64,000 nucleotides of DNA, taken from the IMG/VR virus record IMGVR_UViG_3300033475_001387. One strand, 5' to 3'. Position 1 is the stretch's first letter; the number at the start of each line of letters is the position of its first letter. Made by a program: the position numbers and the translations under genes. This stretch comes from a virus. The notes under the pieces were generated by a model, which saw only the letters and a list, made by a program, of their open reading frames with translations, did not search any database and had not been told where the DNA came from. Below are positions 18,416 through 27,106 of the stretch, piece after piece.

Positions 18416-19027
18416 ATGCCTGACTGGAGACACCAGGCGGCCTGCCGCTACGAGGACCCGGAGCTGTTCTTCCCGATCGGGAACACTGGGCCGGCACTGC
18501 TGCAGATCGAGGACGCGAAGGCCGTGTGCCGTCGCTGCGACGTGATCGACCATTGCCTGCAGTGGGCCTTGTCGAGCAACCAGGACGCCGGCGTGTGGGG
18601 CGGCATGTCGGAAGACGAGCGGCGCACGCTCAAGCGGAAGGTCACGCGCGACGCGGTCCGCTACGGCCAGCAGATCCACGCCGCCGCCGTGAAGCGCTAC
18701 CACGAGATCCGGGGCGAGCACCTGTCCGACTGGGCGGCGTGCAAGGTTGTGGCCGACGAGTTCGGCATCTCGACGGTCCAGACGGTGCTGGCCTGGACCA
18801 CTGCGAGCAGCGGCAAGAACCGCAGGCCGGGCCGGAAGGCGGATCCGGAGTTGCGGGCGCACGCGGTGCAGTTGTTCGCGGCGCTGCGGCCGCACCACTC
18901 GTCGGAGCAGGCGGCGTATGCGGCTGTCGCGGACCGGGTTGGTGTAAGCGCGTACACGGTGGGCGGGTGGGCGCGTGAGGAGCGCGCGAAGACCCTGGCC
19001 GCCGCTGCTGCAGCGAAGGGGAAGTGA
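18416..19027 (+). CDS. whiB: WhiB-family Fe-S regulator with two C-terminal HTH repeats
   Basis: WRHQAAC...PELFFP...AKAVCRRC.V...CL.WAL...GVWGG, plus about 120 aa extension. Confidence 0.9.
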   Translation: MPDWRHQAACRYEDPELFFPIGNTGPALLQIEDAKAVCRRCDVIDHCLQWALSSNQDAGVWGGMSEDERRTLKRKVTRDAVRYGQQIHAAAVKRYHEIRGEHLSDWAACKVVADEFGISTVQTVLAWTTASSGKNRRPGRKADPELRAHAVQLFAALRPHHSSEQAAYAAVADRVGVSAYTVGGWAREERAKTLAAAAAAKGK

Positions 19028-19539
19028 CGGTGTCGTACAACAACCGCTACTCGGGCGCGATCACGATCACGCCGCCGCTGATCCGCTCTCAGATAGACGC
19101 CGCACCGGAGACGCGGGACGCGCTGCTGCGCGTGACCGAGGAGCGCAGCGAGACGCCGGGGGGCTACTCGGCGACCGTGGTCGCGGGCGCGATCGTCGGC
19201 CCGGACGAGCCGTGCTCCGGCTACCAGGTTGAGAAGGAGATCGCGGCGCTCGCCCGCTACTGCGAGAGCCTCGGCCGCACGGTCGGCGGCTACATCCAGG
19301 TGGACTGGGATCCGGGGTTCGGCGACCTGCCGTCCCGGTACTACTGGCGCGGCGGGCAGCTCGCCGAGATCAAGCCGACGATGACGTGGCCCGAGGAGGA
19401 CCCGGCCGAGAGGCCGCACACCCTCGGGGACATCATCGAGGGCTTGCGGAACTTCGAAGCCCAGCAGGCGCTCGACCGTGCCTCGGCCGAGGCTGCCGAG
19501 AACGACGTCAAGGCCGGAGCGGGCGGGGGCGATGTCTGA
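19024..19539 (+). CDS. Hypothetical protein (DUF6205-like)
   Basis: YNNRYSGAITITPPL N-terminus; family recalled, not searched. Confidence 0.55.
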   Translation: MTVSYNNRYSGAITITPPLIRSQIDAAPETRDALLRVTEERSETPGGYSATVVAGAIVGPDEPCSGYQVEKEIAALARYCESLGRTVGGYIQVDWDPGFGDLPSRYYWRGGQLAEIKPTMTWPEEDPAERPHTLGDIIEGLRNFEAQQALDRASAEAAENDVKAGAGGGDV

Positions 19540-19811
19540 TGGCCAGCAAGATGACCGCGGTCGAGCACCTCGAGCAGATCGTGGAGGAGCACCCGCATTC
19601 GCCGGGCAGTCAGCGTGTGTCGCTGACGCTCGGTGAAGTGCGCGACCTCAAGGCCCAGATCGCGATGCTGACCGACACGGTCGTCATGGCGGCCGCGCTC
19701 TACTTCGAGGAGATCACGGACGAGCGAGAGGCCGGCTACGCCTCCGAGGTGCTGCACGAGACCGCGCAGGGCCTGGTGCGGTCCACGCCGCGGCTCAAGG
19801 GTGGGCACTGA
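19539..19811 (+). CDS. Hypothetical protein
   Basis: TGATG coupling at both ends. Confidence 0.55.
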   Translation: MASKMTAVEHLEQIVEEHPHSPGSQRVSLTLGEVRDLKAQIAMLTDTVVMAAALYFEEITDEREAGYASEVLHETAQGLVRSTPRLKGGH

Positions 19812-20362
19812 TGACCGAGCAGCAGGCGCTCGACTTCGGCGATTTCGGGTTCGGCCGGTCCGCGGTGCTCTCGCCGGACGAGCGGTACCGGTATCGGCTC
19901 GACCGCCGCTGGTCCGACGGCCCGACGGTCGCGTGGGTGATGTTGAATCCGAGCACAGCCAACGGCGTGACCGATGACGCGACCCTGACCCGGATCACCC
20001 GCTTCACGCGCGGCTGGGGCTTCGGGGCGCTCACGGTCGTGAACCTCTACGCGTGGCGCGCCAGGGACCCGGAAGACCTGTGGACTGCCCCGGACCCCGT
20101 AGGGCCGGACAACGACTGGCATATCTACCAGGCGGTCGCCGGCCACGAAGTCGTGGTCGCGTGGGGTGCGCACGCCAAGGCCGAGCGGATCGCCGAGGTC
20201 GCCAGACTGATCGCCTCCTCGCCCGAGGCGGGCTTGCCGCACGCGCTCGCGTTGACGAAGACGGGGCAGCCGCGGCACCCGCTGTATCTGCGCGGCGACC
20301 TGACGCCGCGTCCGTGGACGAACCCGGCGCTGCTCGCCGAAGCGCAGCAGCCCGGTTCGTGA
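19811..20362 (+). CDS. DUF1643 family protein
   Basis: SAVLSPDERYRYRL.RRW...VMLNPSTA...DDAT...NLYA...HPLY. Confidence 0.88.
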   Translation: MTEQQALDFGDFGFGRSAVLSPDERYRYRLDRRWSDGPTVAWVMLNPSTANGVTDDATLTRITRFTRGWGFGALTVVNLYAWRARDPEDLWTAPDPVGPDNDWHIYQAVAGHEVVVAWGAHAKAERIAEVARLIASSPEAGLPHALALTKTGQPRHPLYLRGDLTPRPWTNPALLAEAQQPGS

Positions 20363-20424
20363 ACCGCACTACCCTCGCCGGCCGGGCGGGCCGGCTTCCT
20401 ATGATCCCGAAGGGACCGCAACCG

Positions 20425-21093
20425 ATGAACCGAACCCTCGCGCGGCTGCTCGCCGCTTGCTCGATCGTGCTCGCCACCGTCCTCACCCTGGCTGGCTGCG
20501 GATTGAGCAGCGGCGGCAGCGCGACCTACACGCCGGCCGCGTACTACCAGACGATCGGCGGTGTCGCCGAGTGCTACTACGTGCAGACCCCGCTCGAGGT
20601 CACCGACCTGATCCAGGCCGGGCTGTGCCCGGCGCACTCCGTGGCGGTCCGGATGCCGCTGTCGTGGGAGGAGGAGTACTGGGCGTACTACTCGAGCCCC
20701 GCGTATTACGACACGTACATGCCGACCTCGTATCGCAGCCGCTACACCAGCGTCACCGTGATCAGCTTCAGTAAGACGTACTCGAAGCAGATCAGCAGCG
20801 CGGAGACGAAGGCCACCTACAAGTCCTCGAGCGGCGGCACCGTCAAGGGCACCACGTCAAAGCTGAAGTTCGGCTCCGGCAGCGGCTCTTCGACGGTGCA
20901 CGGTGGCGGGTCCGGCCGGGGCGCGGCCGCGTGCTCGTTCGGCATGACCACGCTGCAGGACAAGTCGGGGACGTCCTCCTCCAGCCACGGCGGCGGCTCG
21001 GGCCGCTCCGGGACCTCGAGCGGGTCGAAGACCACGACGAAGACGACCACCAGGACCGGCAGCAAGACCGGCTCCGGATCGGGCGCCTGCTGA
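20425..21093 (+). CDS. Lipoprotein with Ser/Gly/Thr-rich tail
   Basis: Signal peptide with lipobox LAGC. Confidence 0.75.
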   Translation: MNRTLARLLAACSIVLATVLTLAGCGLSSGGSATYTPAAYYQTIGGVAECYYVQTPLEVTDLIQAGLCPAHSVAVRMPLSWEEEYWAYYSSPAYYDTYMPTSYRSRYTSVTVISFSKTYSKQISSAETKATYKSSSGGTVKGTTSKLKFGSGSGSSTVHGGGSGRGAAACSFGMTTLQDKSGTSSSSHGGGSGRSGTSSGSKTTTKTTTRTGSKTGSGSGAC

Positions 21094-21605
21094 TGAACAA
21101 GGCTTACACAGTGGTCGGCTGGTGGGTGGACTCGAACGAGCGGTACGTCGAGGCCTTCGACGCGCCGACCGCCCGCGACGCCGAAGAGGCGATGCTCGAG
21201 CAGGCGCGCGATGAGGCCGGCACGTTCCGGATCGCCGGCACGCTGCTCGGCCAGATCGAGGCCGCCGACACATACACGGCGTTCGTAGACCCCGACGACC
21301 CGGAGAACGAGGCGCGCGAGGACCTCGAGCCAGCGGTCGACGAACTCGGCATGACCGAGTGGACCGTGCTCGGTCTGGTCACAAGCACCCGGCATGGCGA
21401 CCACGACTGGAACGAGGAGACCGGCGGGCAGCGGCACCACACGGTGGAGATGGCGTTGAACCCGCGGATCGCTGAGGACCTGGCGCGCATGGCCGTTCGC
21501 GAGCGCGGCGCGGTCGACCTGACGGTGTGCGCAGTCGTCGCCGGCCGGGTGCACCGCTGCGAGTCGTTCCAGTTCGCCGACCATGACCAGAAGGCCGCCG
21601 CCTGA
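21093..21605 (+). CDS. Hypothetical protein with internal duplication
   Basis: YTVVGWW... and WTVLGLV... halves; TGATG coupling. Confidence 0.6.
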   Translation: MNKAYTVVGWWVDSNERYVEAFDAPTARDAEEAMLEQARDEAGTFRIAGTLLGQIEAADTYTAFVDPDDPENEAREDLEPAVDELGMTEWTVLGLVTSTRHGDHDWNEETGGQRHHTVEMALNPRIAEDLARMAVRERGAVDLTVCAVVAGRVHRCESFQFADHDQKAAA

Positions 21606-21639
21606 CGCAGAAGCTTGAAGTCCGCCCCGGTGCGTTCGC

Positions 21640-21990
21640 GTGCGCACCGGGGCGAACTGGTGGGTGGCCCGCTGCAGTCGGGCCAGGGCCGGACCCGGCG
21701 GGGGGAGACCGGGCGGCCGATCTCAGAGTAACCCCGGACGTGCGTATGCGGAGGATTTCGTGCGCATCCGCACCCGATGGGGTAAAACAGGGATCGTGGA
21801 TGTGCTCCCGCGGGACCTCGCCGACTCGCTCGCTGCCGCGTACGAAGCGAGGCGCAACATCCACTTCGACATCTGCACCGAGTACACGGCGGAGCCCGGG
21901 TTCGGTTGCACCTGCGGTGTGCCGCGGCTGCTCGAGCAACTGGTGGAGGAGCTGGGCCTCCCTGTGGCGGTGCCGGCGGGCGCGGCCTGA
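21640..21990 (+). CDS. Hypothetical protein (start uncertain)
   Basis: HFDIC...CTCG at C-terminus. Confidence 0.4.
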   Translation: MRTGANWWVARCSRARAGPGGGRPGGRSQSNPGRAYAEDFVRIRTRWGKTGIVDVLPRDLADSLAAAYEARRNIHFDICTEYTAEPGFGCTCGVPRLLEQLVEELGLPVAVPAGAA

Positions 21991-22039
21991 GCGTAAAGAA
22001 GTCGATTACCCCACCGATCGTGGGCTACGGTGTGGGTCA

Positions 22040-22110
22040 GGTTCAGGTGTGCAGGGATCGCCTACTTCTTCTGAAAAGGTTATGGCGAACCCGTTCTCGT
22101 TCTCTGGGCC
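22040..22110 (+). ncRNA. Y-RNA-like unit A (short)
   Basis: GTGTGCAGG...TACTTC 5' motif, GGGATCGCC/GGCGAACCC stem, GTTCTC 3' motif, closing stem GGTTCAGG/TCTGGGCC. Confidence 0.55.
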
Positions 22111-22118
22111 GCAGATTT

Positions 22119-22262
22119 GCCCCTGCTGGGTGTGCAGGCGTCGCTTACTTCCGCCTGTTAAGCGGCTGATATCGGTTCGAGTCCGGTCGGCGGCTTCGGC
22201 CGCTGTAGCTCAATCGGCAGAGCAGCTACGTTCGCGGCACCGACTTGTTCTCCGGCAGGGCG
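22119..22262 (+). ncRNA. YrlA-like Y RNA unit B with permuted tRNA domain
   Basis: Order: anticodon-like hairpin (CT-GTT-AA), T arm ATCGG-TTCGAGT-CCGGT, 7-bp acceptor closed by TTCG, D arm GCTC-AATCGGCA-GAGC. Confidence 0.8.
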
Positions 22263-22285
22263 AGCGTTGATAACTGAATATCGCA

Positions 22286-22387
22286 CCTCCCGGTGCGTTG
22301 GCCACGGATTCTTCGGTCGCCAGGGGTTCGCCCCACTTTCCGCGCTCTGACCGGCGCGGGTCCGTAGCCGCTTTGATCTCGGGAGGA
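22286..22387 (+). ncRNA. Y-RNA-like unit C
   Basis: Closing stem CCTCCCGG/CGGGAGG, inner GGCCACGGAT/GTCCGTAGCC, 3' motif CTTTGATCTC. Confidence 0.6.
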
Positions 22388-22396
22388 GAAGCATCG

Positions 22397-22544
22397 GGTC
22401 GCGCCCGGTGCGCAGGCTACGGGTACTTCCTGGATCCAAGGGTCGCTGGTTCGAGTCCAGCCACCGCCCCTCCGTGGGTGGTGTAGCTCAGTTGGCAGAG
22501 CATTGGCACTGTTCCGTCGCCGACTTCTGATCTCGGGCGCGACC
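22397..22544 (+). ncRNA. YrlA-like Y RNA unit D with permuted tRNA domain
   Basis: Closing stem GGTCGCGCCCG/CGGGCGCGACC; T arm GCTGG-TTCGAGT-CCAGC, looped acceptor CACCGCCC/GGGTGGTG, D arm GCTC-AGTTGGCA-GAGC. Confidence 0.8.
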
Positions 22545-22577
22545 GCCGCTCCTCCCGCATTCTCGTGGGAGTAGAGC

Positions 22578-24239
22578 ATGTCGAAGTTCAACCGCAGCAC
22601 CGTCCGGCCGGCTGTCCACTCGCCGGTCACCTCCGAGACCACCCCGTCCGGGCGCACGTTCGAGGGCGGCGCCGGCTACGCGCGAGACGCGAAGTCGGAG
22701 CTGTTCTTGCTCGCGGTCACGAACATGGTCGGCGAGAAGACGTTTTACGAGTCCGCGGAGGCGCGTGACGGCCGATTAGAGGCGCTCGTGCATCGGGTCG
22801 CGGTCGAGGACCCGGACTGGTTCGGCCGGTTCGTGCCGTGGGTGCGCTCGGACGCGAACATGCGCACCGCGTCCCTCGTAGCGGCCGCTGAAGGCGTCAA
22901 GGCGCGGCTCGACGCGGCCAAGGGCAGTGAGGGCCTGGGCACGCAGATGACTGTCGGCCACCAGACCGAGGACCACGCCGCCGGTGGTCAGAACCGCAAG
23001 CTCATCGCGGCCGCGTGCCAGCGTGCGGACGAGCCGGGCGAACTGCTCGCCTACTGGGTTTCCCGGTACGGTCGGACGATCCCGAAGCCGGTCAAGCGCG
23101 GCATCGCTGACGCCGCGGCGCGCCTGTACACCGAGCGCAGCCTCCTGAAGTACGACACCGCGTCCAAGGGCTACCGGTTCGGCGACGTCATCGACCTGAC
23201 GCACCCGGCGCCTGCCGGCGACAAGGCGCTCTGGCAGGGCGAGCTGTTCCGGCACGCCCTGGACCGGCGCCACAACCGCGACAACGGCATCCCCTCGGCG
23301 CTCACGGTCCTGCAGCGCAACGCACTGCTGCGCTCCGAGGGCGAGCCGGCCGACTGGCTGAACCCTGACACGCTCGCCGCGGCCGGGATCACGTGGGAGG
23401 ACGCGCTCTCCGCGGTCGGGTCGAAGGTCGACAAGGCCGCGCTGTGGTCGGCGCTGATCCCGTCGATGGGCTACATGGCGCTGCTGCGGAACCTGCGCAA
23501 CTTCGACGAGGCCGGTGTGCCCGACGCGATCGCGCAGACCGTAGCGGCGCGCCTGGCCGACCCGGCGGAGGTCGCCCGGTCGCGGCAGCTGCCGTTCCGG
23601 TTCCTCTCCGCGTACCGGGCGGCGCCGTCGCTGCGCTGGTCCTACCCGCTCGAGCAGGCGCTCGGCCACGCGCTCGCGAACATCCCCGCGCTGCCCGGTC
23701 GCACGCTAGTCCTCGTAGACACCTCGTCGTCGATGCACGCCGGGTTCTCGAAGGACGGCACGCTCATGCGCTGGGACGCGGCCGCGCTGTTCGGGATCGC
23801 GCTCGGCCAGCGGTGCAAGGCCGCGGACGTGGTGTCGTTCTCCTCGGCGCAGTACTACCACCACGACCCGGTCGGCGCGAAGACGAAGCCGTACCCGCTG
23901 CGCGCAGGCGAGTCGCTGCTCAAGTCGCTGGAGCGGTGGACAGCCGACGGGTACTTCCTCGGCGGCGGCACGGACACGCCCGCGGCGCTGCGCACCGAGT
24001 TCCGCGGCCACGACCGCGTGGTGATTGTCACGGACGAGCAGGCATCGGCGAACAGCGGCGAGGTCACGCAGGCGGTCCCGGGCTCAGTGCCGGTCTACAC
24101 CTGGAACCTGGCCGGCTACCAGTACGGGCACGCCCCGTCCGGCTCGGGCAACCGGCACACGTTCGGCGGGCTCACAGACCAGGCGTTCCGGATGATCCCG
24201 CTGCTCGAGTCGGGTCATGACGCGGTCTGGCCGTTCTGA
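22578..24239 (+). CDS. TROVE-domain RNA-binding protein (Ro60/Rsr ortholog) with VWA domain
   Basis: [62 protein letters not shown]. Confidence 0.92.
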   Translation: MSKFNRSTVRPAVHSPVTSETTPSGRTFEGGAGYARDAKSELFLLAVTNMVGEKTFYESAEARDGRLEALVHRVAVEDPDWFGRFVPWVRSDANMRTASLVAAAEGVKARLDAAKGSEGLGTQMTVGHQTEDHAAGGQNRKLIAAACQRADEPGELLAYWVSRYGRTIPKPVKRGIADAAARLYTERSLLKYDTASKGYRFGDVIDLTHPAPAGDKALWQGELFRHALDRRHNRDNGIPSALTVLQRNALLRSEGEPADWLNPDTLAAAGITWEDALSAVGSKVDKAALWSALIPSMGYMALLRNLRNFDEAGVPDAIAQTVAARLADPAEVARSRQLPFRFLSAYRAAPSLRWSYPLEQALGHALANIPALPGRTLVLVDTSSSMHAGFSKDGTLMRWDAAALFGIALGQRCKAADVVSFSSAQYYHHDPVGAKTKPYPLRAGESLLKSLERWTADGYFLGGGTDTPAALRTEFRGHDRVVIVTDEQASANSGEVTQAVPGSVPVYTWNLAGYQYGHAPSGSGNRHTFGGLTDQAFRMIPLLESGHDAVWPF

Positions 24240-24252
24240 CGGCGCACCTCGC

Positions 24253-24288
24253 ACGCTGCCCCCGAGACCTGCGTCTCGGGGGCAGCGT
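24253..24288 (+). terminator. Perfect 16-bp hairpin after TROVE gene
   Basis: ACGCTGCCCCCGAGAC-ctgc-GTCTCGGGGGCAGCGT. Confidence 0.7.
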
Positions 24289-24366
24289 CGTTTGCGGCCC
24301 GATGTGGAGAATCACCCACTGCCACACTGGTCACGGCATATCGCACCTCGAAGGACAGGGCGTCTC

Positions 24367-24570
24367 ATGGCAAACGGCACGGTGAAGTGGTTCAACGCGG
24401 AGAAGGGCTACGGGTTCATCGCCACCCAGTCCGGCCCGGATGTCTTCGTGCACTACAGCGCGATCCAGACCGACGGCTACAGGGAGCTGACCCAGGGCCA
24501 GCAGGTCGAGTACGAGATCGAGCAGGGTCACAGGGGCCCGCAGGCGGCGAACGTCAGGATCCTGAGCTAG
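24367..24570 (+). CDS. cspA: Cold-shock domain protein
   Basis: [15 protein letters not shown]...DVFVHYSAI...GPQAANV. Confidence 0.95.
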   Translation: MANGTVKWFNAEKGYGFIATQSGPDVFVHYSAIQTDGYRELTQGQQVEYEIEQGHRGPQAANVRILS

Positions 24571-24787
24571 ACCTCTTCCGCTCCTTGTTGCCGTGCGGCG
24601 GCTTCGGCTGGTGCACGGCAACCTGGTCCGGGACGGTATCAAGGGCAGCGGCTATGGCGTACATGGCCGCTGCCGGGAGCCGTTCGAGCCCGGTCATGGT
24701 CATGTCGAGGCGCTGGAGCGCTGTAGCGAGGCGCGCGAGCGCGTCGCTGTACTGCTTCTCCTGGGTCCGCCGTTGTGGGCCGGTCAC
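24554..24787 (-). CDS. Small hypothetical protein
   Basis: 77 aa; overlaps cspA end, weak support. Confidence 0.35.
   Translation of the reverse strand: MTGPQRRTQEKQYSDALARLATALQRLDMTMTGLERLPAAAMYAIAAALDTVPDQVAVHQPKPPHGNKERKRSSSGS
24587..24622. terminator. Hairpin at convergence of + and - blocks
   Basis: GTTGCCGTGC/GCACGGCAAC with inner TTCG loop. Confidence 0.45.
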
Positions 24788-24902
24788 GCCGCCTGCTCGG
24801 CGTCGAGGTGTCGCATGGTCTCGTCGAGCGCAAAGGCTCCCGGATCGTCACTGGTCATTGCTTCCAAGTTCCCTGTTCTCAGCCTGCGTATGCCAGGGCC
24901 GG

Positions 24903-25361
24903 TCAGGCGTTTACTCGCTCGAGCACGGCGGCTGGGTCGTCGAGGCGACCGCACACGCACCTGGATGGGCGCGCCTCCTGCGGGCAGACGGCGAGCGACG
25001 CCCACACGCACTTGCCGGTGTTGGTGGGGTCGGTGTCCCAGTCCTCGGCGAGCGCCTCGACGATGGCCAGCCCGCGGCCGCCCTCCGCGTCGGCGGCGGC
25101 GATCTCGGGCCGCGGCAGCGCCACGGCCGCGTCGTGCACCTCGATGAACAGCAGCCCGGAGTCCTCGTACACGACCATGCGGGCGGGCGCGACCCCGTGC
25201 AGGAGCGCGTTGGTGACCAGTTCGGAGCCGAGGAGTTCCGCCGTCTCGGTCAGGTGCTCGAGCCCTGCCTTGGTGAGGGCGGACTTGATGGCGGCGCGGG
25301 CGCGGCCGGCTACGGCCGGTGTGAGCGGTTCGAGCCGCATCTGCAGGAGCGGCGCGGTCAC
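24903..25361 (-). CDS. Anti-sigma-factor-type ATP-binding protein (HATPase_c, RsbW-like)
   Basis: SELVTNALLHG N-box, EVHD, EGGRGLAIVEAL, GKCVWA. Confidence 0.88.
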   Translation of the reverse strand: MTAPLLQMRLEPLTPAVAGRARAAIKSALTKAGLEHLTETAELLGSELVTNALLHGVAPARMVVYEDSGLLFIEVHDAAVALPRPEIAAADAEGGRGLAIVEALAEDWDTDPTNTGKCVWASLAVCPQEARPSRCVCGRLDDPAAVLERVNA

Positions 25362-25753
25362 CGGGCTGTCCCGATCTCGATGTGCCGGATCGGCAGGACC
25401 GCGGTGATGGTGTTGCCGCCGGCGCCGTGCAGTTGGACGTCCCACAGGCTCGCGTAGGGGTCGATGCGGGCGCCGAGGTCGCCGACGTCCGTCAGGGCAG
25501 GCCCGGAGTCAGTGACGGCGAGGGTTATCACGGCGTCCGCGGAGACGGTGATCGTGGCCGGCGGGTGGACGAGCGCCCAGGCCGCGAGCGCCTCGGCGAC
25601 GAGCCCGGCGGCGGCGATGGCGGGCTTGGGCAGGTGCCGGTCGAGCTCCGCGAGGGCTCCGCGCGTCCAGTCGGCGGCGCGGGCCGGCTTGGCGGCGTGG
25701 TCGAAGGTCTCTGTGGCGGTGGGGATCGCCGGACGCGTCAGCGCACTGATCAT
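25358..25753 (-). CDS. Degenerate HATPase_c-like protein
   Basis: Same topology (AR.W.R..L, LAVTDSG) but N-box and GRG box absent. Confidence 0.5.
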   Translation of the reverse strand: MISALTRPAIPTATETFDHAAKPARAADWTRGALAELDRHLPKPAIAAAGLVAEALAAWALVHPPATITVSADAVITLAVTDSGPALTDVGDLGARIDPYASLWDVQLHGAGGNTITAVLPIRHIEIGTAR

Positions 25754-25859
25754 CAGTCGGCCTCGGGTCGACGGTGACCTTATGTCACCTGGTAGCGCTC
25801 ACGGTAGGACCGTGCGGCACCCGAAATATGCGCCCATCGCATATGCGCATGATGCACTG

Positions 25860-27068
25860 TCAGGCGACCTGCAGGCGCGTGGCCATCCGGTGCATCCGGC
25901 CCCTGATCGAACGCCTCTCGGCGCGCAGCAGCCCGCGCATCACCGCCTGCGCCATGGGGTGGTTGCGCACCAGTTCCGGGGCGAGCGAGTCGGCGCGCTC
26001 GAGCGCAGCAAGCGACCTCTCCGGGTCGCCGATCCACGCGAACCCGCGGCTGGTGTCGAGGTAGTGGTGCGCCAGGCGCGAGGGCGGGATGTCCGCGGGC
26101 ACGATCAGGCCGCGGGAGCGGCGCACCGCCTCGACACCGTCTCCGATCTCCACGGCGACCGCGACACGGTGCAGCCCGACGTTCCCGGCGGAGAACCAGG
26201 TCAGGTACGGGTCGCAGGCACCGGCACCGTGGGCGGCGTCGCCGGCCTGATCGAGCCTGTGGTAGGCCTCATGCGCGTTGCCTGCGCGCGCCGCGGTGAT
26301 CGCGGCGCGCAGGTGCAGCGCCCCGGTGAGGCTGAGCGCGCCGACGCCGGACGGGTCGGGCGCCTGCTCGACGATGGCGAGCGCCCGGTCGATCAGCGCC
26401 ATGGCGTCGGCCCAGTCGGCGGTGGTCCAGGCGTCGCGGGCGGCGAGGTAGTCGGCCATCGCGAGCATGCGCGGGTCATCGCAGTGTTCGGCGGCCCAGC
26501 GCACCCGCCAGGCGGCGAGGACGACGAGGTCGGGGTAGCCGAGTCCGTGACCGAGCGAGTGGATCTCTTTGCAGGTGTGGGCGAGCAGCCGGAACGCGGC
26601 CTCGCGACGGGCCTGGCCCGGGTCGGTGGTGGCCGCGTGCAGTTCAGTGACGAGATCCACGGCCTGGATCCCCAGCTGCACGTACTTGGCCTGGCCGCGC
26701 AGGCGCGTGAGCGCGGCGAGCTCCTCGGCGAGCTGCTCGAGCGGCCGGTGCTCGGAGCGTTCCGGGGCGAGGTCGAGGCGGCGCAGGTGCCGCAGCAGGT
26801 CTGTGGCGGCGTCGTGGCCGCGGCGCGCCGGTGCGGCCGGGTCATGCAGGGGCCGGCCGGTCAGTTCGTTCGGGTGCGCGCGCAGGGCTCGGGCGAGTTC
26901 GTTGAGCTGGGAGACGGAGTCGAGTTCGTACTCGCCTTTCTCGATCCGCGAGATCCAGGACTGGTCGCGTCCTACGAGATTGCCGAGTTCGGCCTGTGTC
27001 ATGCCGGCGCGCTTGCGGAGCATGCGGACGCGCTCGCCCGGGGTCTCGTGGATGGGCACTTCGCTCAC
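25860..27068 (-). CDS. XRE-family HTH regulator with large helical C-terminal domain
   Basis: RVRMLRKRAGMTQAELGNLVGRDQSWISRIEKG. Confidence 0.9.
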   Translation of the reverse strand: MSEVPIHETPGERVRMLRKRAGMTQAELGNLVGRDQSWISRIEKGEYELDSVSQLNELARALRAHPNELTGRPLHDPAAPARRGHDAATDLLRHLRRLDLAPERSEHRPLEQLAEELAALTRLRGQAKYVQLGIQAVDLVTELHAATTDPGQARREAAFRLLAHTCKEIHSLGHGLGYPDLVVLAAWRVRWAAEHCDDPRMLAMADYLAARDAWTTADWADAMALIDRALAIVEQAPDPSGVGALSLTGALHLRAAITAARAGNAHEAYHRLDQAGDAAHGAGACDPYLTWFSAGNVGLHRVAVAVEIGDGVEAVRRSRGLIVPADIPPSRLAHHYLDTSRGFAWIGDPERSLAALERADSLAPELVRNHPMAQAVMRGLLRAERRSIRGRMHRMATRLQVA

Positions 27069-27106
27069 ACTGGCATGATGGCACGTCAGCAGCGCCCAAG
27101 TAGACG

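Noticed and set aside
18700-19027. IS3 transposase remnant
   Set aside because: HTH repeats are in frame with WhiB; no DDE domain or terminal inverted repeats nearby
20820-21090. Ser/Gly/Thr repeats in the lipoprotein as a DNA-level repeat element
   Set aside because: All in one frame and explained by protein low complexity, unlike the CCGACAC array
22119-22544. Calling units B and D ordinary tRNA genes
   Set aside because: T arm precedes D arm and the acceptor stem is closed by a loop, so there is no chargeable 3' end
22040-22544. CRISPR-like repeat/spacer array
   Set aside because: Repeats are short, degenerate and pair within each unit; no cas genes; no CRISPR array seen anywhere in the window
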